Assembly: GCA_028534125.1 (NCBI GenBank)
Contig: CM052818.1
Coordinates: 11,844,001 to 11,908,000, forward strand
DNA length: 64,000 bases
Direction: 5' to 3'
From: Lama glama
Lineage: Eukaryota
Below the pieces are notes generated by a model. That model did not search any database and had not been told where the DNA came from. It saw only the letters and a program-made list of their open reading frames with translations. The stretch's first letter is position 1. Every line of letters begins with the position of its first letter. Below are positions 25,063-37,740 of this stretch, piece after piece. Made by a program: the position numbers and the translations under genes.

Positions 25063-25450
25063 ATCAAAAATTATTTTTTCAAATACAAAGAATTCCAACA
25101 ACCAAACCTTGAATTTGCCACACACCAGCAACTATTTACATAGCATTTACATTGTATTTACAACTATTTGTTATAAAATTATACATAGCATTTACATTCT
25201 ATTAGGTATCGTAAGCAATCTAGAAATGATTTAAGGTATATGGGAGTGAATCACTACGCTATATACCAGAAACCAGCACAAAACATTGTAAATCAAAGAT
25301 ACTTCAATTAAAAAAATTAAGTATATGGGAGGATGTGCATAGGTTATATGCAAATACTACACCATTTTATATAAGGGGTTTGAGCATTTGTGGATTTTGG
25401 TATCTGCAGGGGGTCCTAGAACTGAGGAACCAATCCCTTGGTTCCCTGTG
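25063..25450 (-). mobile_element. MER2-family (TcMar-Tigger) element, interrupted by a mini-L1
   Basis: caactatttacatagcatttacattgtatt...ggaggatgtgcataggttatatgcaaatactacaccattttatataaggg...ggattttggtatctgcagggggtcct. Confidence 0.9.
25247..25318 (+). mobile_element. Extremely 5'-truncated artiodactyl-type L1 (~70 bp) with TSD
   Basis: tgaatcactacgctatataccagaaacc...acattgtaaatcaaagatacttcaattaaaaaaa, flanked by aaggtatatgggag (25233-25246) and aagtatatgggag (25319-25331). Confidence 0.9.
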
Positions 25451-25509
25451 AAAACAATGTAAAACTCTACATTATTATCTTCTTTAGCTACATAAGGACC
25501 AGAACTAGA

Positions 25510-25800
25510 TTTTGAGATTGCCTCTTCCAAGTACTTAAATTTTTAGAAAGTCTAGAAGTCTATCAAAAGGGAAACAGCTGAATAAATTATGATAGTTCCA
25601 GATAATGGAATATTATATTGCTATTAAGAAGAATGAGGTAGTTCTCTATGAATTGACAATCAAATAGGTTATATTATTGTGAAGTAAAATATTCTAAGTT
25701 AAAAAAGAAAGTTACATAATATATGTAAAGTATGGTGCCATTTTTTGGTAAAAATATATATATTTGTATATTCATAGAAAAGAGTCAACACAGATGTATG
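25510..25800 (+). mobile_element. Degraded L1ME-like 3' region
   Basis: ctgaataaattatgatagttccagataatggaatattatattgctattaagaagaatgaggtagttctctatg. Confidence 0.6.
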
Positions 25801-26059
25801 TTTCTCTGGGGGAAGGAAACATTCACGATATATTTGTATTATTTTAACTATCACAACACATATTTTTAAACTATTTCTATGGTACAAACACCAGAGAGTC
25901 TCAGAAAATTTCTATCAAACTTCAAGAAAGACATAATTCCTTTACTTGTTTGCAAACAAACAAACAAAAAGGAAAATCTTCAGTTTGTTTATGAGCTATT
26001 TTTTTTCTATCTATATTTGCTATTTCATTTCATTTCCACATTTGGAAATTATTTGTTCA

Positions 26060-26510
26060 TATTCTTTGGTCGCCTATTGGAACACTAACAATTGATGAAA
26101 CAGAAACCAATATTGGTCCACATACCCCAACCTGAGCAGATGATCCGTGCATGGCGTTGCGTGTGGACTCAGAGCTGGCTCGTAGTAGCTGCGCAGCCTC
26201 AGCCTCTTGTCTGATAGTTGCTTGACTCTCCCACTGGACAAAATTGAGAAATCACACAACTGTGCTGCTGGCAGCCACTGGACAACCCCAGAGGAGCTAG
26301 CCTTCAGATGAAGCTGAATCCAAGGATGCAGGGCAGAGAGACAGACAGAAATGGACTGTTTGGTGATGTCTCAGAGCTGATGGATTGAACAACCCTGAAA
26401 CCTTCCCTATGCTGAGTTTCCAGTTATGGATGCAATAAATTCCCTGTATTATTTAAGTTGTCTTGGGTTGCTTTTTCTGTTAGTTGCCATTGAAGGCATC
26501 TTGCAAATGT
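26060..26510 (+). mobile_element. Old MaLR LTR (MLT1K/L-like)
   Basis: gctgctggcagccac...gatgaagctgaa...gcagagagacagacagaaa...ttccagttatggatgcaataaattccct...ggttgctttttctgttagttgc. Confidence 0.7.
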
Positions 26511-26759
26511 ATTTTTCTTAAGTGAATAATTAGGAATGTAGACCAAGACTTATGCACAATAATGGTCATCAGAACTGTTTTATAAGAGTGAAAAAATATA
26601 AATGATGAAGATACTGAATATTAGGGAAACAGGTACATAGATTATGACTCACTAATACGATGGAATATTCGGTAGCTGTTCAAGTTGATGTTATCAAGTA
26701 GTTTTTAATGAACAGTTAGCTCCTTATCATCTCTCTTGCCTTGGTTAACACTGAGTACT

Positions 26760-27150
26760 CTCTGTCCAGATTCCAGTCTCATCTGTTTGCTTTGCCACAC
26801 ATGGTTTTCTCTGAATAGAATGCTTCAAAAATCTTCCAACTTTTCATTCTACTTCCCCTTTAAAATTCATCCCAGGAACACCTCCTCCCGGAAACCTTCC
26901 CATAACTAACTTCCTTGCTCCCCAGCCTGGAACTAGTCCCTCCTCTATGAACTCATCATATTTGTGGTTATCATTTCTCTAACTGACAGGGTTTTAACTC
27001 TCTGATGATGTGTCTTTCTTTACCATTAGACAGAGTAACTGATTCTTATTTAGCTCTGCATTTATAATGCACGTAGGTCTAGCATTATATAGATGCTCTA
27101 TAAATATTTATAGACTGCATGGGTGGGTGGTTAAATGAGTAAATGAAGGA
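26760..27150 (+). mobile_element. L2 3' fragment
   Basis: cacctcctcccggaaaccttccc...accattagac...atagatgctctataaatattt. Confidence 0.6.
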
Positions 27151-28619
27151 ATCTTAACCAGGGATGTATCAAGAATGTAGGATAGTTAGCATCTAATTTT
27201 TGTAATGGTTTTCTGTATTTTGTACAGAAATGGGAAAATTATGTTTAAAAAGCAATAGACTCTTTATATGGAAATTGAGACTAGACTTTTAAAAATAATC
27301 CATCATTTAAACTCCCTTTGTAAAAATGTATTAACCAAAATTTATTAATAAATATTTATAATTGAGATTGCTGAAGACAAACCCCACTCTGCTATTCTCT
27401 CATGAAAAATTAAATTGACTTACTCTTTTGATTAATTTTGAAAGCTTTGGTTTAAGGTTATCGGACTCTTGACAGAAAAATTGAAGCTGTGATTGATTTA
27501 CATGACACACTTTTAATGGAAAATACTGTAAAACATTGCAAAAGCTCTCTGACATCTTTAAAGATGAACCCGGATGAGAAATGCCAGGTTTGCAGGGCAG
27601 GGAAAGGTCGCTGTAAGTCACCTTCACCTCAGACCCACCTTTTCTGAGGACCCTGGTTGGGCAGTGTGCTTTTATTTCCTAACTGCCACCTACAGGAACA
27701 GCAGAGAGAGGAGACATCACTTTCTCTATCTTACTATGTTGGTATTGGGCTTTATAAAAAGACTTAGAACAGCAAAGAGAATATAAAATAAATTCTGAAT
27801 CTGCACGTTACATATTAAAAGCACAAAGCTGGCAAAATCCCTTTTCTCCACCCCTCCTCGAGGACAGATTGTATTAGTCATTTCGTAACCACCCTGCCAG
27901 AGGAGTAGATGGCGTGCCGCAGGCATTCCTAGGAATTGCTGAATGGATGAAATGTTAATGGTGGTTATATTTATGGAGTGGGATTATCTATGAGTGTTAC
28001 TTCTTTCTTTGCGTTCTTCAGTCCTTTCTAAATTTCTGAAATTTGTACTAGTGGTGTTATTTTCATAAATTCACAGTCTATAGAGATCAAGGGAGAGGAA
28101 CAAAGATATTCTGATATTAGGAACCTCTTTGTTCTCTTCTGTAATTCCACATGCTCCTAATAATTGGTGCTTTTATATGCGTGGCCAGTCAAGATAGAAA
28201 CAGGTCTTCTCCAAGTCCTAGCCTGTCAGATGTGCAGCCTACCTGAATTTTTTCCCCTCCAATTATCAGAATTTTTACTCTAGTATCTACTCATGTAAAA
28301 GCTAAACCGACAGGAGAATTACAGTGGAGAGAACTAATATTTGCTGACTACCTAGTGAATTTGATGCTCGTTTATGCCAAAAATCTTCTCACTAACCCTG
28401 CATCCCATGTTGGTGCCAAGGAATGCCAAGGAAAATTAATAGAGTGATCTTTAACTTCCCTATAATTTCCATCACTTCAAATAAATTTAAGTAAAAGCGG
28501 TGTACTTACTCTCCAAATGCAGCTTCGAGACAAACTGCTTCACCCCTTACCAACAAGACTTCCATATCTAGGACCCTCCAACAAAGAAGATTTGTAGATA
28601 TATAGATACCACCGTAGAT

Positions 28620-28755
28620 ATTATTATCTTTATTTTACAGATGAGAAAAGATGAAGGAAACCCTGAAAGGCACAGTTAGTGAGAGGGAGAGTTTATAAGA
28701 GAACTCTTCTCTTTCTGACCCCAAAGTCTGTCCTTTTCCTGCTAAACCATGCTGC
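28620..28755 (-). mobile_element. MIR SINE fragment
   Basis: ttattatctttattttacagatgagaaa...cacagttagtgag...tctgaccccaaagtctgt. Confidence 0.7.
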
Positions 28756-30404
28756 TAAACTTTATAAAACCACAAAATAGTAGATTTAGAATGAGAGGTT
28801 TAGAATTCGTAAAATGAAGACTATCTACAGTTTATTATTTGGACACGTCATGCAAAATGATAAGTGATTCTGGTATTAACTGCAAAAATCTCTTGATTAG
28901 GAAATAGAAAAGAATCTCTCAGCCAGCTGTGTCCTAAGGAAATATTTCTGTTTCTCCCTAGTTCGAGATCTCTTTCAGACTGATCGTCCTGTCCTATTGG
29001 TTTTTGTTTTTCACCTTAGCTGACCATCCGTAGCCCATGCTGTTCACATCGTAATGATCTCCATATTGCAATGGCCATTTTCTTACTTTCAGAACTGAGC
29101 TGTTAATTGCCAGAAGGATTTATTCATTTATTCTCCTTTAGGTAACTGCTAAAGGCTCTCATTTTAGATTCAGTATTAATCAACTGTATTTCTCTCTCTT
29201 CAACTAGGTCTGTGATCATTAGCTGCTATAGGTATCTCTGTAATCCTGGAACATAGGAGGATGTGTGATGTTTCAAACTGCTCACATCAAATGACTGGCT
29301 ATTTTATCTTGAAAATTAATTATCTGTATCTGACTAAATTCTAACCTTCTGTTCCCTGTGACTAGAAGGGAAAATTTGTATTATCTCTGGTGGGTTTTTT
29401 TGGAAGAATGGAAATAGTATAAAGTCCTGCCACCTTGGAGCTGAATTCATTTACTGTTACCTCCACAGTGATGACATTAACATTCCCACCCTGAGCACAG
29501 CAGGTGAGTGTGGACTGTTCCTGGTTCACTGAACCAGGATTCTTGAATGGAAAGCTTCAATTCAACTCTGTCCATTGTTCTTCCCACATCTCATTACTAC
29601 TATTAATTTCCTCTTCAGAACCATCTTCTTACAATCTCTTGCTCATAGAAACAATGGACAAATTGTATAAGCCTCAATCGATTTTGGTCAGGAAAAAAAA
29701 AATCCCAGGGGTTCATCTTGAAGACTCCGTCTGCACACATACCTGTAGCTGTAGGAATGACCACGATGTAGTGATACACACACAGCCTTCAGATCCAGAT
29801 CTCCTGGATCTGAATCCTAGCTCTAGAATCTACATAGCATATTTTCAAGTTTAACCAAATGATATTTATATATTTTGCAACTCCAGGAATGAAAGAGAAA
29901 AAGAAAAAACATTGTCCCCTAAATCTGACTTAAGCTGTTAGGAAAGGAGTTGGGTTTTTGTTTTGTTTTTAGTCCCAGATTTTACCCCTTCTCCCAGTTG
30001 GTGAAAGAAGAGGTTTTCCTATTACATGGATAATTAAAATTTAAGAATATGTGAGGCTATATTTTACTTTGATAAAAGCTTATTTTGAAGATCAAATTTT
30101 TGCTTTTCTTTGGTCCTTGCTGGAATCTTGTAAAAGGAATACTCTACCCAAGGGGAAAAAAACATACCTGTCAATGACTCTGAAACAGTGACCATTTAAT
30201 ATTGACTATTTTCTAAAATAGGTTTGGCTTTTCTGTTTAGTTTTAATTATGTTCTCACTAAAGCCAGCTGGTATACTTACTATGTAACCGAGTATGCTAT
30301 AAATCTAGCTCATTAACAAATGTCTAATTCATATTACCTCTCCAGAAGCAGGCTTTTTTTGCTCTGTGTGAGGCTTATTTATTATTTTATTTATGTAGAA
30401 GTAT

Positions 30405-30580
30405 GTTTAATAACTTTAATGAAGTATAAATTACATACCATAAAATAATACCTTTTTTTAGGTATGCAAGTAGTCATAATTGTGTAACCACCACCACAGT
30501 CCAATCTTAAAACATCTTCATTGTCCCCAAAGATCTTTCATTTTCAGTCACTTCCTGTTCCCACCGTCAGCCTCAGCACC
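30405..30580 (-). mobile_element. L1MB-like 3' end fragment
   Basis: ataactttaatgaagtataaattacataccataaaat...ttgtgtaaccaccaccacagtccaatcttaaaacatcttcatt. Confidence 0.75.
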
Positions 30581-31710
30581 AAATTTTAAGGAGAAAAAAT
30601 TTTTTTCTTAAAAATGATCCAACTCTCCTCCATTATCTACTCTTTAGATAAATCAGCCAGCCAAGGGACTAAAATTAACAAATCAAAACCAAAATTTACC
30701 TCAAACTAAATGGGCTTTTGAAGTTCAGTGCCTCCCCCAGAGTTATTTATTTGTTTATTTATTTTGCATAAAAGCAATTGACACTGTTTAGTTCTAAATT
30801 ATTTTGGAAGAAAGATCTAAGAAGTAGAGCCAGCAAGTCACTTAGGCTGCTTCTGTTTATCCCTAATTTACACTCAATAAAAATGCATTTAAACTATTTC
30901 TTTAAGCATAATTAAAATGTATAGATTTTTTTAAATTCACTTTTAAACATTTTTTAACTCATTGATTTTTATTTAAAAATTTTTATCTTGAATAGACAGT
31001 TTTCCCTGCACAGCTTTCCAAATTTTACAAAATATACAATTATTCCAGCTAAAATTTTAAACTTTAAAGCAAAAAGATCTCAGTATAAAGTCATTGAGGG
31101 TGAGGGCCAATTTCCTGGCATGATTATACACAACCTGGACACCACAGGTAGTAAAAAGTTGGCCTTTTGAAAGGTAGATTTCAGACCTATTTAGTAAAAA
31201 CATCTGCCTCATCAACCTTGTTGGCCTTGCAGGAGGGGTTACTCCTTACTGGCCACGTAGACGTCTATATTACTAATTAACTACTTGGAAAAAAAGTAAT
31301 GGGACTATATGGGGTGAGTTATAGGCCTAATATCAGGAACTCTCCCATATCTTTCCAACCTGCTTACACAGATGCTCTAAATGATTTCACTGGATAGTAA
31401 AATCTTTCTTTCATGGAGATTAAGAATTATCATATCACTCTACATACATTCATTAACAAATACATAATAAAGAGCCTATACTATAGAGAGACCATGCAGT
31501 GATAGAATTAAAATCATTTTTTAATTGGAAGAAAGATATTTGAATTGCACTGCAGGCGAGGTAGGATGAGCAAAAGTACTTACTCTTTCAGTAATAAGGA
31601 AATTTTCAGAGAGGAGATAAATTTTAGAAGTTTTTTGTAAGTACACAATAGACTATAAAGTTGGATCATGAAATGGTAACAGGTAAAGCTCTGGTCATAT
31701 CTTAAAAATT

Positions 31711-31944
31711 GGAGTTTTAACAGATGTACATTACTATATGTATTAAATAGATAAACAACAAGGACCTACTGTATATATAGCACAAGGAACTATATTCAAT
31801 TTCTTATAATAACATATAATGGAAAAGAATCTGAAAAATAGATGTATACATGTATGTATGTGTACAATTGAATCGCCTTGCTATACATCTGAAACTAACA
31901 TTGCCAATCAACTGCACTTCAATAAAAAATTAAATTTAAAAAAA
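31711..31944 (+). mobile_element. Artiodactyl-type L1 3' end with A-rich tail
   Basis: aatagataaacaacaaggacctactgtata...gcacaaggaactatattcaat...ggaaaagaatctgaaaaa...ctgaaactaaca...cttcaataaaaaa. Confidence 0.92.
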
Positions 31945-33089
31945 GATTCAGAATGGAGCTTTGTTACTAAGTCAGTGGTAAGGAGTTTATAAAAATATGA
32001 CCCTTTTTTTTCAGTTCAGTTCTTTTCTATTCAAATCCACAAGTATTTATTGAAAGTTTATTATGTGAACACCACTGTGCCAGAGCCATAGGCAATGTAC
32101 TAGGCCATGTAAGTAAATGAATTAAATGTAATAGGGGAATTTCTGCTCAGTTGGCACTCAGCAAAATACAGTTGTGGTGTAAAGCATGCCAGTCATAGCA
32201 TTGTCTGCATATCTTTTGGGCCCAAACTTCAAATTGTGCAAGGATTAGTTATGGTATCTATTTTCTCACTAGACTGAACAATTAAGTCTTCAGATAGAAA
32301 GGATCCTCTAGGCAACACTAAATATAACCCAAGTAGCTCTAAATTTTCCACGATAACCTTGAAGCTCTGCATGATAAAATTTCCACAATTTTTCAAACTG
32401 TGCCAAATTTGATACCACAAGTCACCAAATCCAAATACAATTTCAAAATGAGTTATACCTAGAGGAATTCCTAAGATCACTGATGACTCCTCTACCACAT
32501 GTGTGAAGGTTGCAGGACAATGCTGACATTGTGCAGAAGCTCTGAATTCTGAACAAGAGGAAGACACGCAGCAGTGGTACGGAGGAACACGGTTCAGGAG
32601 GGCTGACTCTGCAGTGCACGTGGGTTCTGCAGGCAACTGGAGGATGTGTTTTCACCAGGACCCTTGATAATTTCACCTACACTGCCAACATTTTTCAGGT
32701 CACTCTAATTTATCCAGGAAAAATCTATTCATTAGTGAATTAATTGACTTACTAATCATCCTCTTCACAAAATACAAATAACTTTCAAGAGAATAAAAAC
32801 GCTAATAGTTATTCACAAGTTAGTGGAAATTAGTTTGAAAATGTTTAATATAATTGCTTTCCTCCTAATAACTTAAAGCAACTACATAGTAGGAATGGTA
32901 GTTTTTATTTATTAGAGTAGTTATAAAACAATGAATACATATACATTTTTTTCAGATCTTTAAAATTTAAGAAGATCTGTGACATTCATTATCTACTATG
33001 ATGCTCCTAAATGTCATGCGACCTAAAGACACTGTTTATTGCCCACTGTTTATTGCCCACTGTCAGTTGCTTGCATGTAAAACTTTGAT

Positions 33090-33730
33090 TTGGGGTACTT
33101 CCCACACCTCATTGTGACCCAGGGCTAAAGCAAGAAAAATATAAACCAATTATGGTTTATCATTTCCCTTACTGATGATCTGTTTGGGATGGGCATGTAA
33201 CTCTCTTCTGGACAATGAGATAACGGGGAGGCATGTTGAAGGGCTTCCAGAAAAGGTTACTTTGATCTGGTGTGGTGAGGGGAGGAAGGAAAAGGATGTA
33301 CAGGAAGGAATCAGTCCCCTTTCTTCCATCAGATGTTCTTATACAGATTCCCCCACTATCCCAGGGGAGAGTGTTCCCATGAAACCTTTCTAATCTAATG
33401 TAGTTTTTTTATAAAAGACAAGTGGTGTACAGTGAACTTTCAAAAAGCAAGGGATACCTGTATTTGTAGGTGAGGCCATGCTTCAAAGGGACTAAAGCCA
33501 GAAATGCAGAAGTCATCTTATTTCCAGGAGGTTGCTAAGTTATCATGCTGAAAATGGCTGACAGAAAAAAAAGTTCTAGGGTCCTTGGTCTTGTTATTTA
33601 GCCGCTAATTTAAATGTTCCAGTAACTACATCCCCTTAGAAGTTTGTGTTATAGGAATGAATTCATCTGCCTTATAGCTTAAGATAATTGAGTCAAAGTT
33701 TTTGGTTAGTGCTAACTGAAACCACAATAC
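33090..33730 (+). mobile_element. Old MaLR/ERVL LTR, interrupted by a Tigger MITE
   Basis: gggatgggcatgtaactctcttctggacaatgagata...gggcttccagaaaagg...tagggtccttgg...atagcttaagataattgagtc. Confidence 0.6.
33344..33460 (+). mobile_element. 117-bp Tigger-type MITE (MER82-like termini) with TA TSD
   Basis: ta|cagattcccccactatcc...gttcccatgaaaccttt // ctaatgtag...gaacttttcaaaaagcaagggatacctg|ta; imperfect TIRs with TA on both sides. Confidence 0.8.
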
Positions 33731-34229
33731 ATATGAACGAGTTAGATCCCTGATTTAGAGATGTGATAACTGAGGTCCAAAAGGTTAAAAAAAAAACAAA
33801 CTACAAAACCACAGGGTAAATTGCAGGTATGTGACATAGTTGTAATTTTACATTCCAGGGATTATCTGCCTTCCATTTAATGCTATACCTATTTTGTTGA
33901 ATGGAAACAGTAAATAGTATTGGGGTGTTAGACACTTGGAGAAATGACATAGATTTATTCTTTTATTCTCCTCAGAATAGAAATGTTGTGGCAGAGGGCT
34001 TAGGATATCAGAAAGAACAATGGAAGACTGGAGTGCAGAAAAGAAGTAACAAGATCGTGTTTTGCCTATTTTGAAATTTTGTCTAAAGCTAGCCTGAAAC
34101 TCACGAGAAAAGTGAAACTGTTTCCTCCTTCTTATTTCACGTGTACTTTTATTCCCGGAACCCCAAACTTTGGTGAGTAGTAGTGGTAATTCTGCTATGT
34201 TCTGTCTAATAGAGCTATATTTAGCCAGG

Positions 34230-34833
34230 TAACTTAAGTAGGATCTCCTGAAGACAAAGGGGGAAAAAAACCCCTATTTGAACTCCAATTAAACTATAGG
34301 AAAAAGATGAATTTATTAGAAGGAGTGGGGAATCCCAGGGAACAGAGAGGCAGAGCGCACTGTGTGACTGAATAAGGGTCTAAAGCCAGGAGTTAGAAAT
34401 CTATCAGGAATTTACATGTGCCATCACGTAGGAGTCTCTGGGGCACTGGAGCTCTCTTTTCTAATTTTTCTCTCTCTCTGTGCAGACCAGCTTTTCTCTA
34501 CTTCTCATGCCCAGGGTCAAAAGATGCATATTCCCATCTACTATCAACCCATCAGCACCAATTTAACATGACTTTCTAGGCAAACGCTCTGTTATAATGG
34601 ACCCATTCTCACCATGTCTCAATTCTTAATCCTGAATTATTCAGAGGGAGAATAGTTCTGGCCACACCAAGCCTCTGGATTGGTTTCACTCCAACCTGAC
34701 CTCCTTACTTCTGTCCCATCAACTGTTGCCATAGTCGATGGCCACAATGAAACATCATGACCATCTCTATAGTAAGGGACAGTTCTCAGAGACGTGGTTG
34801 TGGCTGGGAAGTACCCTCAAATCATGTCTGAAC
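34230..34833 (-). mobile_element. Old ERVL LTR (LTR33-like)
   Basis: Antisense polyA signal in gaatttattagaagga, tgcagaccagcttttctct, gagggagaatagttctggcc, terminus atgtctgaaca. Confidence 0.55.
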
Positions 34834-36691
34834 AGAATTTCAAACATCCCTTTTAGTGATGAAGGGGAAAAAGTAACCAGACATCCCTGATGACGATGAT
34901 TACTTAGTGTGGACAATGACAAATAAGTGAAAAGAACCTTAATTGCTAATGTATCTCACCGTTTTTCAAAGTGGAATTATCTGCATAACTTATAATTACC
35001 TATTGCACTTAGTATATACATTACATATACAAAAATATTTTTATGTATGTACATGTTCAAGGGGAATTCAAAAAATAAATATATTTTATATGGAAACTAT
35101 ATGGGAAAAAAACTAAATTCTTACATAGGTTATTTGATTGCATCCAAGTAACTCAGCTATATGCTCTCAAAACTGTAGATGTAATACTAAAATTTCAGAT
35201 AAACAAGTGATATACAATAATGTAATGACATCAGAAAATGTAATATATTTTAAAGTGGTGAAATGAGTTACGTTAAAACTAGCTCACACCACACGTGACA
35301 CTAAGCATATAAAATATACCATTTAAGTCAAACAAAAAATACCCATATGTGAAATAAATTGAAATTAAATGTTAATGAAGGTTAGGAAAGTACAGGTATG
35401 AAAACTGTTTAAACTAAAGGAACTTAAACTACAGGTTAAGAATTGTATAGGTTATAAATTTTAACCATTAGATTTTTGTGTGCTGAAAATTGACATTCTG
35501 TATGTATTAAAACCAGTATGAATTTTGTTTATCAAACATGTTTTTCAAGAGTCACAAATTTTAGGGGGCACAATGGCTTCAAATCATAAATTCTGACATG
35601 ATATGTGAATCTATGAAAATATATATTATATATGTAGTTATACATGTGAAAATATATTGGGAAAAACCCAGCTAACATGAAATTCATTTTGTAAATTGAA
35701 GTAGGCAATAGTATAGTTCTTTATGAGAGTTCCAGGGAATTTGAAAAGAAATGCTATGTGGAGTAGATCTTTTTAAAAAGTAATGACTTAAGATTTTCAA
35801 GTGCCATGACAGAAATGTCAGAATTTAATCATACGGCTTCATGTGCTGTACACAGAGGGGTTAGCTAGGATGGTAGCTGTTTTCAGCACAAAAATGAAAG
35901 TAAAAATCATACTATCCATTTAGAAAAATCAGAACCACACAACACGTACCCAGGACCGCAAAAACAAATTTCTCACTTTTTTCGATAAGGCAATTTCATT
36001 CCTTTGTTAGTTTCCATTTTCACTAATCTCTGCCCTACCTGGGTTGAGTGAATATGCCAAAATGCGATGCAAAAGCTGTTCTTGTTTCAGCTTAATTGGG
36101 AACCAGAAATAGAGTACATCTCCAGGGATTTCTAACTGAGCATGGCAGACATGAAATGTTTGGAGTGTTCAGATCAGATTTTGGACAAGAATGTGAATTA
36201 TGTTTATTCAAATGCCCTTAAATCTGCGGAATCTCCAGGCCAAGTCTGCCGTGACTCTGGCTGAAGGGTGACATCTTACACCTTAAATGAGGCTGAGTCT
36301 GCGGTGGCTCCACCAGAGTACTTCCTCTGATCTCCACCCAGGATCCAAGCCACCAAGGTCCTATGACCCCACATCCTGGACTGAATTTATTATAATTCCG
36401 AGCAGCCACTATCATTTTGTACAGTGTCATCTGGACACTAAAGACAAATCAGCAGGGACCCCAGATGGACGCTGCCAGGAATCCTCAGCCACGTCTGGCA
36501 CCCTAAGGGCCAGTTAATTCCATTCGGTCTCTCATGCTTATAATCTTAGGACAGTGAACAATATGCAAATTACTCCAGTCACCTAATTCTTCAAGATCTG
36601 GTTTGTGCTTCCTTTTCTTTTTGTTGTTTTCTTACTGTGATACACCTACCTTTTTTTTTTTTTGTCAAATCACTATTTGTTCTTTGAAACT

Positions 36692-37195
36692 TTTTTTAAA
36701 AAATTGAAGTATAGTCAATTTACAGTGTGTTGTGGGACAACGTGGGCAGTGGCATGGTGACACACGGGTTGGGAAAAGAATTTACTAGAGCTAAAGACAT
36801 ACAGGGATAGAAAGGAGTTTATTAGGGTATGCTGCCATAGACAACAGCAGGCCGTGGACGAGAGGTGCCTGTGTGAGCCCCGAGCACTGGTTGTTGGGGT
36901 CTTTTATAAGGTTGGGTCACAAGGTGCCTGATCTGCTTGTGCACAAGTCTCGGATTGTCTGTAGGTGAGGTAGTAGGTTTAAGGTCAGTGAAGGGCTGTG
37001 GGGTTTGACTCTGATAAGGTAGGCACTCCCTGGGGCTATTTGTTTGAGGAAACACGCCCAGTAAAGAATATGAGATATCTGAGAGCCCAGGAGTCGGGGT
37101 CTTTGGACTTTGAAGGATATCAGTTGGCCCAATACAATGTTATGTTAATTTCTGGTGTACGGCATAGTGATTTATATTTATATATATATAAATAT
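36692..37195 (-). mobile_element. Short artiodactyl-type L1 3' end split by a solo LTR
   Basis: aattgaagtatagtcaatttacagtg (to ~36727) resumes as atgttatgttaatttctggtgtacggcatagtgat (from 37137); same tail family as at 59800. Confidence 0.85.
36728..37136 (-). mobile_element. Young ERV solo LTR (~410 bp), family not recognised
   Basis: TG...CA termini (tgttgtggg...cccaataca). Antisense TATA (cttttataa, 36901-36909) and AATAAA (tttatt, 36818-36823) are in U3-R order. GC-richer than the flanks. Confidence 0.85.
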
Positions 37196-37277
37196 TCCTG
37201 ATCAAGTCTCCTACATTATCAACTTTCTCACATTCACTCCACGGTCGTGTCTCCTTCCCTTGTTTCTATTGGTTTGC

Positions 37278-37740
37278 AATAATTTTCTTATTAAGGTAAA
37301 TTTACATTTAATAGAAATCCCAGATTTTAAATGTATAGTTCCACAAGCTATAAATACTTTGATCACATCTCCAATCAAGATATAAGACATTTCCTTCATT
37401 CCAGAACGTTCCCATAAGGATCTTTCCGGTCAGTTGCTCACCTTTCCTTCTAAGCAACCATTTACAAATTTTTATCACCAAAGATTAGTTTTGCCTGATT
37501 TATAACATCAAGTGAATTCTTTGGTCTGACTTCTTTAGCTCAGTATAATGTTTTCAGGATGTGTCTATGTTGTTGTTTGTATCGGTAGCTCATTCTTCTT
37601 ACAGCAGAATAGTGTTCCATTGTATGGATACATGACCTAACATTTGGGTTGTTTTGAGTTTTTTGCTCTTAGGATTAAATCCATTGTGAACATTTATGTA
37701 CAAATCTTTTTGTGGACATATGTTTTCATTTCTCTTGAGT
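37278..37740 (-). mobile_element. L1ME1-like 3' end
   Basis: aatcaagatataagacatttcc...tatcaccaaagattagttttgcctg...gtacaaatctttttgtggacatatgttttcatttctcttg. Confidence 0.8.

Noticed and set aside
31100..31370. Faint L3/CR1-like 3' remnant
   Set aside because: Too degraded to call without a profile search.
32229..32636. Longest ORF in the window (135 aa, minus strand)
   Set aside because: No ATG start, no recognisable domain and no clear splice context; this length is expected by chance in 64 kb.
33030..33063. 14-bp tandem duplication (cactgtttattgcc x2.4)
   Set aside because: Ordinary slippage duplication with no spacers; not CRISPR-like.
34950..35800. Very AT-rich tract as a possible NUMT or transposase remnant
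   Set aside because: No mitochondrial gene, tRNA or transposase motif recognisable, and no ORF of 60 aa or more.
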